From positions 31,398-95,397 of the forward strand of contig CAKONK010000003.1 of the NCBI GenBank assembly GCA_934097085.1: a stretch of DNA of 64,000 nt. The letters run 5' to 3'. The notes under the pieces were generated by a model that had not been told where the DNA came from, did no database searches, and saw nothing but the letters and a program-made list of their open reading frames with translations. The stretch is from an uncultured Bacilli bacterium. Its GTDB lineage: Bacteria; Bacillota_I; Bacilli_A; RF39; UBA660. Shown here piece after piece: positions 16,148-24,470 of the stretch; the stretch's first letter is position 1; every line of letters starts with the position of its first letter. The translations under genes and the position numbers were made by a program.

Positions 16148-17968
16148 CTATATTTCATTAAAATATATGTCGTACCACACTAAAAATGTGTATATTGTCC
16201 AAACCTTTTTATATGAATCCCTTTTACCATTTTTATGTTCTTCGAGAAGTTTGTTAATTTTTTTTGTATCAAAGAATAATTTTGCACTTTCGCCATTAAA
16301 TTTTTCCTTAATTATATTATATAACTTATCAGTTTTAATCCACTCTCTCAAAGGAACAGGAAACCCAAGTTTTTTCTTTTTATATGCTTCATTAGGTATT
16401 ACCTTCGAAGCGGCCTTTCTAAGAGCAACCTTTGTAGTTTCTTTATTTATTTTTGCATAAGTAGGTAAAGATTTTGCAACTTCATAAACTTTATTATCTA
16501 GAAATGGAGTTCTTGCCTCAAGGCCAAACATCATTGTATTTCTATCTACTGCGTGTAAAAAATCATTTACTAACCAATAATAATAATCAATCATTTGTCT
16601 TTGAATTAATGTAGAATTATCTTTATATCTATCATAAACATCCTTTACGATATCTTTTGTATTTATTTGATTTGGAATTTTAACAATACTTTGTGCTTCT
16701 TTATCACGAAATACTCTTCCTAAACCAATATTGTAGTTTTCTAACTTTTGTCCTCTTCGATAAAGAAAATTAAATCCTCTTATATCTGGAAAAATACTTA
16801 CAATATTTGAGACAATATGTCTTAGAAAATAAGGCAATTTCATATATCCTTGCATAGTAAGTTCCTCTTGGTAAGAGTTATAACCTGCAAAAAATTCATC
16901 TGCACCTTCTCCAGAAAGAACAACTTTTACCTCTTTTGAAGCAATTTCTGACACAAAATATAAAGCAATTGCTGATGGATCCGCTAAAGGTTCATCCATA
17001 TAATACATAATTTTAGGAAAAGATTCTATATATTCATCCATAGTAATTTTCTTTGAATAATTTTCAATACCTAACTTATCAGATAAATCTTTTGCATAGC
17101 TAATTTCATCAAATTTTGGATTATCATATCCAACAGTGAAAGTTTTATCTGGTTTTGCAAGTGAAACTATATACGAAGAATCTATTCCACTTGATAAAAA
17201 TGAACCAACTTCAACATCACTTATTTGATGATATTCAACTGAATTTTTCATTGCTTTATCAATATTATCAACAATTTTGTCCATATCATCATTTTTTTCT
17301 TTAAATTCAAGTTTAAAGAAACTATTTGTTTTAATCTTACCATCTTTATAAATTAAATAACTTCCTGGGTCAAGTCTATATACCCCTTTGAAAAAGGTTT
17401 CTGATGTTGGAACAGAGTTAAAACATAAATATGCTGACAATATATCTGTATTTAGTTTCTTTTCAAAATCTGGATGTGCTAAAAATGCTTTTGGTTCTGA
17501 AGCAAACATAAATGTATCATTAAATTTTGCATAATAAAGTGGTTTAATACCAAAACCATCTCTTGCCATAAATAGTTCATTTTTATTTTTATCCCATATT
17601 GCAAAAGAAAACATACCTCTTAAATGACTAGGAAGTTTTTCACCCCACTGTTCATAACCATGAAGTATTACTTCAGTATCAGTTTTAGTTTTAAAAACAT
17701 GTTTCTTTTTTAATAAGGCCTCTTTTAATTCCTTAAAGTTATAAACTTCTCCATTATAAATAATAACTTTACTTTTATCTTCATTATATATTGGTTGAGC
17801 ACCAGTATTTAAATCAATTATTGCAAGTCTACGATGAGCAAGTGCACAATTATCATCAATATAAAAGCCTTCACCATCTGGACCACGATGCTCAATTTTT
17901 TTTGACATATCTTTAATTATTTTCTCTTTGTTTTCTTTATTATTTACGAATCCTACGATTCCACACAT
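16148..17968 (-). CDS. asnB: asparagine synthetase (glutamine-hydrolysing) family amidotransferase
   Basis: N-terminal MCGIVGF nucleophile. SSGIDSS PP-loop. Confidence 0.9.
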   Translation of the reverse strand: MCGIVGFVNNKENKEKIIKDMSKKIEHRGPDGEGFYIDDNCALAHRRLAIIDLNTGAQPIYNEDKSKVIIYNGEVYNFKELKEALLKKKHVFKTKTDTEVILHGYEQWGEKLPSHLRGMFSFAIWDKNKNELFMARDGFGIKPLYYAKFNDTFMFASEPKAFLAHPDFEKKLNTDILSAYLCFNSVPTSETFFKGVYRLDPGSYLIYKDGKIKTNSFFKLEFKEKNDDMDKIVDNIDKAMKNSVEYHQISDVEVGSFLSSGIDSSYIVSLAKPDKTFTVGYDNPKFDEISYAKDLSDKLGIENYSKKITMDEYIESFPKIMYYMDEPLADPSAIALYFVSEIASKEVKVVLSGEGADEFFAGYNSYQEELTMQGYMKLPYFLRHIVSNIVSIFPDIRGFNFLYRRGQKLENYNIGLGRVFRDKEAQSIVKIPNQINTKDIVKDVYDRYKDNSTLIQRQMIDYYYWLVNDFLHAVDRNTMMFGLEARTPFLDNKVYEVAKSLPTYAKINKETTKVALRKAASKVIPNEAYKKKKLGFPVPLREWIKTDKLYNIIKEKFNGESAKLFFDTKKINKLLEEHKNGKRDSYKKVWTIYTFLVWYDIYFNEI

Positions 17969-17983
17969 ACTATCACCTTCTTG

Positions 17984-18547
17984 TTAGTTTTCTTTATAGG
18001 TACTTTTATATAAGTCTACTTCTTCATTTGAATTTTCTTTATTAAATTTAATTTCAGGTAAGTCGCTTAATGATGCAAGTCCAAAATAATCTAAAAATTC
18101 TCTTGTTGTTTTATATAAATTAGGATGGCCTGGTAAATCAGACTTTCCACATACTTTAATTAAGTCTTTTGCCATTAATTTTTTTATCATAAATGATGAA
18201 GAAATTCCTCTTAAATTATCTACACCAGCTCTGGTAATTGGTTCATTATATGCAATAATTGCAAGTGTTTCAAGTGCAGCCTGAGATAATGACTCTGCTC
18301 CTGAAGTATCCTTAACTAGTTTTTGATAATACTCAATATGCTCTTTTTTAGTCGTTAATTTAAAAGAGTTAGATAAATAACTTATTCGAATGCCTCTTTC
18401 AGCTTTTTCATATTCTTTTTGTAAATCATTTAAAAGTTTTCTAGCTTCTTTTTCATCAATTTCTAAAACTTCACAAATTTTTTCTAAAGTAATACCTTCA
18501 TCTCCGACTACAAATAGTATTCCCTCTAAAACTGCTAATTTATTCAT
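17984..18547 (-). CDS. scpB: segregation and condensation protein B
   Basis: LEGILFVVGDEGITL...AALETLAIIAYNEPITRAGVDNLRG. Start is MNKLAV, just after the scpA stop. Confidence 0.85.
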   Translation of the reverse strand: MNKLAVLEGILFVVGDEGITLEKICEVLEIDEKEARKLLNDLQKEYEKAERGIRISYLSNSFKLTTKKEHIEYYQKLVKDTSGAESLSQAALETLAIIAYNEPITRAGVDNLRGISSSFMIKKLMAKDLIKVCGKSDLPGHPNLYKTTREFLDYFGLASLSDLPEIKFNKENSNEEVDLYKSTYKEN

Positions 18548-19256
18548 TATATACCTCAACATATATTTTACTAAAATTTTTGTTTTGTGACAAGGTTATC
18601 AAATTATCTTTACTCATTTCTAAAATACTTAAAAAAGTAACAACAATTTCCTCTTTTGTACATTCATTAAAAAGCCTAGTAAACTCAACCTTATTTTCTC
18701 TACTCAAAATATCTTTTATATAATTAATTTTATCTTTAACACTAATTTCTTTTCTAGCAATTTTTGTATTTCTTGGCTTTTTATACTCTAATCTTTCAGA
18801 TATTTCAAGCATTGCATTAACAAGATCCTCTAAAGAAACATCATCACTTAAATAAGTTTCATTATTGGCATATTCCTTTAAGCTTTCCGGTACCTTTGTA
18901 AAATAATCTTGTCTATTTTTTTCAAGTTCACGAAAATCATTAGTAATAGTTTGATATTTTTCATATTCAATTAATCTATTACGTAAGTCTTCTTCACTAT
19001 TAATTTCATAATTATCATCGTCTTCTTCTTCATCAAAACCTAATATAATTTTACTTTTTAAATGTATTAGTTCTGATGCCATAACTAAATACTCACTTTT
19101 ATTATCTAAATCATTTTTATCAAGTGAGTTTATAAAGTTGATGTATTCGTCTATTATTATCTTTAAATCTATTTCATATATGTCAAGTTCATGTTTTTTA
19201 ACCATATGAAGCAGTAAATCTAAAGGTCCTGTAAAATCTTTAATATTAAAATTCAT
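18540..19256 (-). CDS. scpA: segregation and condensation protein A
   Basis: FTGPLDLLLHMVKKHELDIYEIDLKIIIDEY. Confidence 0.85.
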   Translation of the reverse strand: MNFNIKDFTGPLDLLLHMVKKHELDIYEIDLKIIIDEYINFINSLDKNDLDNKSEYLVMASELIHLKSKIILGFDEEEDDDNYEINSEEDLRNRLIEYEKYQTITNDFRELEKNRQDYFTKVPESLKEYANNETYLSDDVSLEDLVNAMLEISERLEYKKPRNTKIARKEISVKDKINYIKDILSRENKVEFTRLFNECTKEEIVVTFLSILEMSKDNLITLSQNKNFSKIYVEVYNE

Positions 19257-19267
19257 TTTTCTCCTTA

Positions 19268-20203
19268 CTAACTACAAGTAAAGAATTCAGCGGTCATTTC
19301 ATAATTAATTTTAATTGGACTTACTCCTTTACTATAGTAATAAATATTATCTATTTTTGTATCACCAGCATTATAATCCATAGTTAATCTATATCTAAAT
19401 CCATTAGTTATTTCAGTTACCGTTGCAGTAACACCTGACTTACCTTCAAAAGATGCTGCTAAAGAGTTGTATTCATTAAATAAGTTAGCATAATTTACAT
19501 TATCATTAGTAACTATTATAGTATCTTCATATTTAAATAACTTATCATTTTCAAAAAAATATATAATTGATTCACCATTATTATTTTTACAAGTCATCGC
19601 AGATTTATTTTCACTATCAACATCAAGGCTAATTAAATCATAATCACTTTCCTCGAGTTTAGCAATATTATACTTTGTTGGAGTAACACTTAACTGATAT
19701 GAAAAATTCTTATTAGATTTATTAGCTATTATTCCATTTATTTTTACTACAGCAAGCTGATTATTATTATCATCATATAGTCTTATAAAATATGAATCAT
19801 TTGTTAAATCAAGTTCTTTATCAACATTATTGTTAACTAAAAAACTTAATGTACCTGCATCAAAACTAATATTTGTAAAAGTAGCATCAGTTAACTTTAC
19901 TTCATTATTTGTAAATGCATAAATAGTATTTTTACTATTTTCGGTAACATTTGTTGTGGTGTTAGTTCCATTTTCAGTACCATTTGTAGTGTTATTATTT
20001 ACTACATAATTATTCGTAAAAGCTTTATTATATAAATAATCACGATATGCTTTTTGAATATCAGGTAAGAAATAAATCACCACAATAAAAACAATAAACA
20101 AAAAAAGTGTTCCAATCCAACCATACTTTTTTGTATCAGTTCTTCCTATTGTAACTGATTGTAATGGATTTGTATCTATATTAACTTTTCTTCTTCTAGC
20201 CAA
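19268..20203 (-). CDS. hypothetical N-terminally anchored extracytoplasmic protein
   Basis: One TM segment (WIGTLFLFIVFIVVIYFL), an N/T-rich linker, then a beta-rich C-terminal region. Lies 11 nt upstream of scpA. Confidence 0.6.
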   Translation of the reverse strand: MARRRKVNIDTNPLQSVTIGRTDTKKYGWIGTLFLFIVFIVVIYFLPDIQKAYRDYLYNKAFTNNYVVNNNTTNGTENGTNTTTNVTENSKNTIYAFTNNEVKLTDATFTNISFDAGTLSFLVNNNVDKELDLTNDSYFIRLYDDNNNQLAVVKINGIIANKSNKNFSYQLSVTPTKYNIAKLEESDYDLISLDVDSENKSAMTCKNNNGESIIYFFENDKLFKYEDTIIVTNDNVNYANLFNEYNSLAASFEGKSGVTATVTEITNGFRYRLTMDYNAGDTKIDNIYYYSKGVSPIKINYEMTAEFFTCS

Positions 20204-20266
20204 GTTATTCCCTCCTACTCTTCATAGTAATTATACTATATTTGTAAATATAAAACAAGAAAAGTA

Positions 20267-20295
20267 TTGCACTTTAATTTAATTATTGTTATAAT
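20267..20295 (+). promoter_or_regulatory. promoter for tRNA-Met
   Basis: TTGCAC, 17 nt, TATAAT. Confidence 0.6.
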
Positions 20296-20325
20296 ATATC
20301 TAGTTTTGTTGAAACAAAATGTTTT

Positions 20326-20402
20326 GGCGGGGTATATCAACTGGCTAGATAGTTCGGTTCATACCCGAAATGTTGGGGGTTCGAGTCCCTCCCCCGCTAC
20401 CA
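20326..20402 (+). tRNA. elongator tRNA-Met (anticodon CAT)
   Basis: GGCGGGGTATATCAACTGGCTAGATAGTTCGGTTCATACCCGAAATGTTGGGGGTTCGAGTCCCTCCCCCGCTACCA. Resembles B. subtilis elongator tRNA-Met. I cannot exclude tRNA-Ile2 (lysidine). Confidence 0.85.
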
Positions 20403-20413
20403 AATAAATTTAT

Positions 20414-20437
20414 GTCAAACATTAATGTTTGACTTTA
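20414..20437 (+). terminator. terminator after tRNA-Met
   Basis: Perfect palindrome gtcaaacatt/aatgtttgac followed by tttaat. A second hairpin plus T-run lies at about 20443-20472. Confidence 0.6.
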
Positions 20438-20528
20438 ATAAATAACTAATTCTAGTAAGAGTTAGTTTTTTTATACTTTCACATTTTTTAAAAATCAACC
20501 ACAGAAAATAAATTTTATTAAAAAAGTA

Positions 20529-20557
20529 TTGCATATTGCCAATAAATAGTGTATATT
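20529..20557 (+). promoter_or_regulatory. promoter of the Abi_2 gene
   Basis: TTGCAT, 17 nt, TATATT, with TGT immediately upstream (extended -10). Confidence 0.6.
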
Positions 20558-20569
20558 ACTTATTGAGAT

Positions 20570-20609
20570 GTGCCTAGGAAACTTTAGAAGCCCTAGGTCT
20601 TTTTCATTT
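20570..20609 (+). repeat. 40-nt hairpin plus U-tract element, copy 1, in the 5' UTR of the Abi_2 gene
   Basis: gtgCCTAGGaaactttagaagcCCTAGGtctttttcattt. 39/40 identical to 21545-21584. Confidence 0.85.
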
Positions 20610-20623
20610 TATAGGAGGTAAAA

Positions 20624-21511
20624 ATGGCTAAAGAATTTAAATCAACAAATGAATTATTAGAAATAATTAATTCAAAAGGTTTATTAGTAAAAGATAATAA
20701 TAATTTCAGATATCTAATTGGAAAGTATTCATATTATTCAATAGTAAATACCTATAAGCTGATATTTAAAATTGGAAATAACTATAAAAATAACGCTTCG
20801 TTCGAAGAAATTTTTGCAATGTATAAGTTTGATAAAAACTTAAAAATAATAATGCTTAAATATATCCTTGAAATCGAGGCTATCATAAAAGCTAAAATTG
20901 CTAATTTATTTGCTGAAAAATATGGTCTAGAAAATTATTTAAATATTAATAATTTTGATTTAAAAAGTAATAATTCAAATTTGAAACATATAGAAAAATT
21001 AATTGAAGAAATAAAAAATGAAATTGATAAAGGAAATGGTAAACATGATGCAATAACTCACTATATGAGTAAGTATGGATTTGTTCCACCTTGGGTTGTT
21101 ACTAAAATATTATCTCTTGGAACTATTAGTAAATTTTATGGTTTAATGAAACAACAAGATAGACAAGAAATAAGTAAGCAATTTCATATAAATGATAGAA
21201 TATTAAAAAATATTCTTGGTAATTTAACATCAGTTCGTAATATAGCAGCTCACGATGATAGATTATATACATATAGAAGTACTTTCTATATTAGATTAGA
21301 TAAAACAAAAAAATCGCCTTCTAAAGCACTGCATACAAACATGTTCATAATAATTAAATCGCTTGAGTTATTGTTAGAAAATGAGCAAATAATTGAAATG
21401 AAAAAATCGATTATAAGTGAATTGGATGTACTGAAAAATAATTTGACTTCAATAAAAATTGATGAAGTATTAAAGGTAATGGGATTCGATAAGAACTATT
21501 ACACTGTATAA
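20624..21511 (+). CDS. Abi_2 (AbiD/AbiF-like) abortive infection protein
   Basis: Family pattern: SFEEIFAMYKFDKNLKIIMLKYILEIEAIIKAKIA...ITHYMSKYGFVPPWVVTKILSLGTISKFY...LTSVRNIAAHDDRLY. Confidence 0.85.
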   Translation: MAKEFKSTNELLEIINSKGLLVKDNNNFRYLIGKYSYYSIVNTYKLIFKIGNNYKNNASFEEIFAMYKFDKNLKIIMLKYILEIEAIIKAKIANLFAEKYGLENYLNINNFDLKSNNSNLKHIEKLIEEIKNEIDKGNGKHDAITHYMSKYGFVPPWVVTKILSLGTISKFYGLMKQQDRQEISKQFHINDRILKNILGNLTSVRNIAAHDDRLYTYRSTFYIRLDKTKKSPSKALHTNMFIIIKSLELLLENEQIIEMKKSIISELDVLKNNLTSIKIDEVLKVMGFDKNYYTV

Positions 21512-21544
21512 ATATTAATTCACAGCATATAATAATAATGAAAA

Positions 21545-21584
21545 GTGCCTAAGAAACTTTAGAAGCCCTAGGTCTTTTTCATTT
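21545..21584 (+). repeat. 40-nt hairpin plus U-tract element, copy 2, 34 nt after the Abi_2 stop
   Basis: gtgcctaagaaactttagaagccctaggtctttttcattt. There is one G-to-A change in the left arm. Confidence 0.85.
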
Positions 21585-21703
21585 ATCTCATTATAAAAGT
21601 AATGATAAACGTGATGCAAAATGAATACTCATATATGATTAATTGTTTATGAATTATTTTTTAAGTTTCAAACATACAACGTATTTGTACGGAATAAATA
21701 TTA

Positions 21704-21728
21704 ATAGATAGAAATATCTATTTTTTTT
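21704..21728 (+). terminator. terminator
   Basis: TAGATA-GAAA-TATCTA followed by T8. Confidence 0.6.
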
Positions 21729-21737
21729 AATCAAAAT

Positions 21738-21765
21738 AAAGTGTTCAGTCAAGAACACTTTTTTA
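21738..21765 (+). terminator. terminator (bidirectional shape)
   Basis: aaaGTGTTC-agtcaa-GAACACtttttt. Confidence 0.6.
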
Positions 21766-21883
21766 GAGGTGATTATTTATAATAAATAATCCAATATAAT
21801 TTTAGCATGTTTTTCTATAAACCTCAACGAACAAGTGAGTATAATTTTACTTAATTAATGAGAAAATAATATTAGAAAGACTG

Positions 21884-22141
21884 GTGAGCATATTGCATAA
21901 TAAAAATGATGAAAATTATATTTATTATTTAGTTGCTCACAACCTAAAAGCTATTAGAAAGAAAAAAGGACTTACTCAAGCTAAATTTGCAGAACTTTGT
22001 AATTATAGTGAAGGATTTATAATGAATATTGAAAGTAATAAATATTTACAAACATTTAGTTTAGGAACACTTTGGAAGTTTGCCCAAGTTTTAGATATTG
22101 ATATACGAGAGTTATTTATACCAATTGATGATGATAAATAA
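21884..22141 (+). CDS. XRE-family HTH protein
   Basis: LKAIRKKKGLTQAKFAELCNYSEGFIMNIESNK. GTG or TTG start, weak RBS. Confidence 0.65.
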   Translation: MSILHNKNDENYIYYLVAHNLKAIRKKKGLTQAKFAELCNYSEGFIMNIESNKYLQTFSLGTLWKFAQVLDIDIRELFIPIDDDK

Positions 22142-22231
22142 CTTTTTTTCATTTGTAGACAAAACATAAAATATATGATATAATCTATTTGTTTTTGAAA
22201 AACTTTTAAAAATAAGAAAGAAGGATTTTAT

Positions 22232-23905
22232 ATGAAAAATGAAATAGAGGAAACATCTATAGTTGCTTTAGGTGGCCTTGGAGAAGTTGGAAAAAACATG
22301 TATGTTATTACTCATAAAGATGAAATAATTATAATAGATTGTGGAGTTCTTTTCCCTGAGGATGACTTACTTGGAATAGATTATGTAATTCAAGATTATA
22401 CATATCTTAAACAAAATGAAAGCAAAATTAAAGCATTAATAATAACACATGGTCATGAAGATCATATTGGAGGGATTCCATTTTTACTTCAAAGTGTAAA
22501 TATTCCAGTTATTTATGCTCCAAAAATTGCTACAGATTTAATTAATAAAAAACTTGAGGAAAGAAATATTAATTATAAGAATATTGAACTAATAAATAAA
22601 GATTTAGTTTTAGAGTATAAATATTTTAAAATTGAATTTGTTAATACTACTCACTCAATACCAGATAGTTTTGCAATATGTATTCATACACCAAATGGAA
22701 CGATTTTTGAAACTGGAGATTTTAAATTTGATTTAACCCCAATTGGACCAATGGCAGATATTCATAAAATGGCTAAAATTGGTGCTGAAGGTGTAACACT
22801 TCTTTTAAGTGATTCAACTAATGCTCTATCCGAAGGGTATTCAAAAAGTGAATCATCAGTTGATGGAACATTAAATGATATTATATCAAGACATCACGGA
22901 AGAGTTATAATTGCAACATTTGCCTCAAATATATTTAGAATTAAACATATAGTTGAAACTTGTAAGCAATACGGAAGAAAAATTATTGTCTTTGGAAGAA
23001 GTATGGAAAATGCAATTGAACTTGCAAGTAATAATGGCCTTATCGAAGATAAAAGTATATTTATTGATGCATATCAAGCAAAAAGTTTAAAAAGAAATGA
23101 AGTATGTATATTATGTACTGGTACTCAAGGAGAACCTCTTGCAGCTTTATCAAGAATTGCCAATGGTGTTCATAAACAAATATCACTATTAAATGATGAT
23201 TTAGTAATATTTTCATCAAGTGCTATACCTGGTAATGCAAATAGTATAAATAAAATTATTAATAAACTTTATTTAAAAGGTGTAAGAGTATTTACTAATA
23301 CAGAATTTAGTGATATTCATACATCAGGTCACGCTAAAGAAGAGGAACTTAAATGGATGCTTAGAATTATTAAACCAGCATATTTTATGCCAATGCACGG
23401 TGAATATAGAATGCTTAAAAAACATGCTGAAATCGCTAAAATGTGTGATGTTGAAAATTCTATAATTTGTGAAAATGGTAATGTTGTGAAAATGCTTAAT
23501 GGAAAAGTATATAAAGATGGTAATGTTATATCTGGTGATGTTTATGTTGATGGCTCAAGAGTTGGTGATGTAGGTTCTGTCGTTATAAAGGATAGAAAAC
23601 TTATGAGTCATGATGGTATTTTAATTACCATTTTAAATATTAATACTTTAACAAGAAAATTATTAATTAAACCAAATGTTACTGCACGTGGATTTGTTAC
23701 AATAAATGAAAACATCGAACTAATTAATAAAATAGAAAATAAAATTTCTGATATTACAAATAACTATTTAGCAAAATCAATTTATAGTTATACTGATTTA
23801 AAAAATCAAATTATTTTAGAGGTTCTTCCATACATTAATGAACTTACAGGAAGAAGACCAATTATATTACCTGTAATTATGGAAGTTAATCAATCTATAT
23901 ATTAA
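22232..23905 (+). CDS. rnj: ribonuclease J
   Basis: Metallo-beta-lactamase HGHEDHIGG. beta-CASP architecture. 557 aa. Confidence 0.9.
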   Translation: MKNEIEETSIVALGGLGEVGKNMYVITHKDEIIIIDCGVLFPEDDLLGIDYVIQDYTYLKQNESKIKALIITHGHEDHIGGIPFLLQSVNIPVIYAPKIATDLINKKLEERNINYKNIELINKDLVLEYKYFKIEFVNTTHSIPDSFAICIHTPNGTIFETGDFKFDLTPIGPMADIHKMAKIGAEGVTLLLSDSTNALSEGYSKSESSVDGTLNDIISRHHGRVIIATFASNIFRIKHIVETCKQYGRKIIVFGRSMENAIELASNNGLIEDKSIFIDAYQAKSLKRNEVCILCTGTQGEPLAALSRIANGVHKQISLLNDDLVIFSSSAIPGNANSINKIINKLYLKGVRVFTNTEFSDIHTSGHAKEEELKWMLRIIKPAYFMPMHGEYRMLKKHAEIAKMCDVENSIICENGNVVKMLNGKVYKDGNVISGDVYVDGSRVGDVGSVVIKDRKLMSHDGILITILNINTLTRKLLIKPNVTARGFVTINENIELINKIENKISDITNNYLAKSIYSYTDLKNQIILEVLPYINELTGRRPIILPVIMEVNQSIY

Positions 23906-23937
23906 AAAACTGCAATAATAATATTGCAATTTTTTTA
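23904..23937. terminator. bidirectional terminator between rnj and the JAMM gene
   Basis: aaaaaacTGCAATAataaTATTGCAattttttt. Confidence 0.65.
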
Positions 23938-24444
23938 TAGGTATTTTTCTAATTGTTCATTTTGACTATAGAATCTATCAAAGGTTAAATACTTTGCTCC
24001 ATCTTTTATTAATACCTGGGGTTTTTGCACCTCTCTACTTTTAAAAACTGTTTCACAATTTAAAGTAAAATACTTCGGACTAAATATCATACAAAGTTTA
24101 TCACTTGCCCAATGTTTTTCTAATACATTTCTATCAGTTTCAGAAAATGCACTAGTATACTGTCCGTGTGAATGATAACAACCAATTACATCGAGGTTTT
24201 TAGATTTAGCAAAATTTAATGCTCTTGACTCATAAAAAAGTGGAAACATAAATTCATTTTCTGAACCCACTAAATTCTTTTCATAATACATTTGTGTAAC
24301 ATAAAAATATTTAAGCCCGTCCTTTTCTATCATACTACCTAAAAGATAACCACCACATTCGTGAAATTCATCCATAAATGCGTGATTTATAATAGCATCA
24401 GATACATTTAAATTCATAATAACAATTGATTTTTGTGTTTCCAT
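23935..24444 (-). CDS. stand-alone JAB/MPN (JAMM) metalloprotease-domain protein
   Basis: HECGGYLLG (Glu) plus an exact JAMM motif, HSHGQYTSAFSETD (HxHx7Sx2D). Confidence 0.75.
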   Translation of the reverse strand: METQKSIVIMNLNVSDAIINHAFMDEFHECGGYLLGSMIEKDGLKYFYVTQMYYEKNLVGSENEFMFPLFYESRALNFAKSKNLDVIGCYHSHGQYTSAFSETDRNVLEKHWASDKLCMIFSPKYFTLNCETVFKSREVQKPQVLIKDGAKYLTFDRFYSQNEQLEKYL

Positions 24445-24470
24445 AATATCCTTTCAAAAAGAAGAAGTAA

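Noticed and set aside
12982-22141. A prophage or integrative element spanning the two tRNA genes
   Set aside because: The interval between them is housekeeping (murE, asnB, scpAB). No integrase, excisionase, phage structural gene or duplicated tRNA 3' fragment was seen next to either tRNA.
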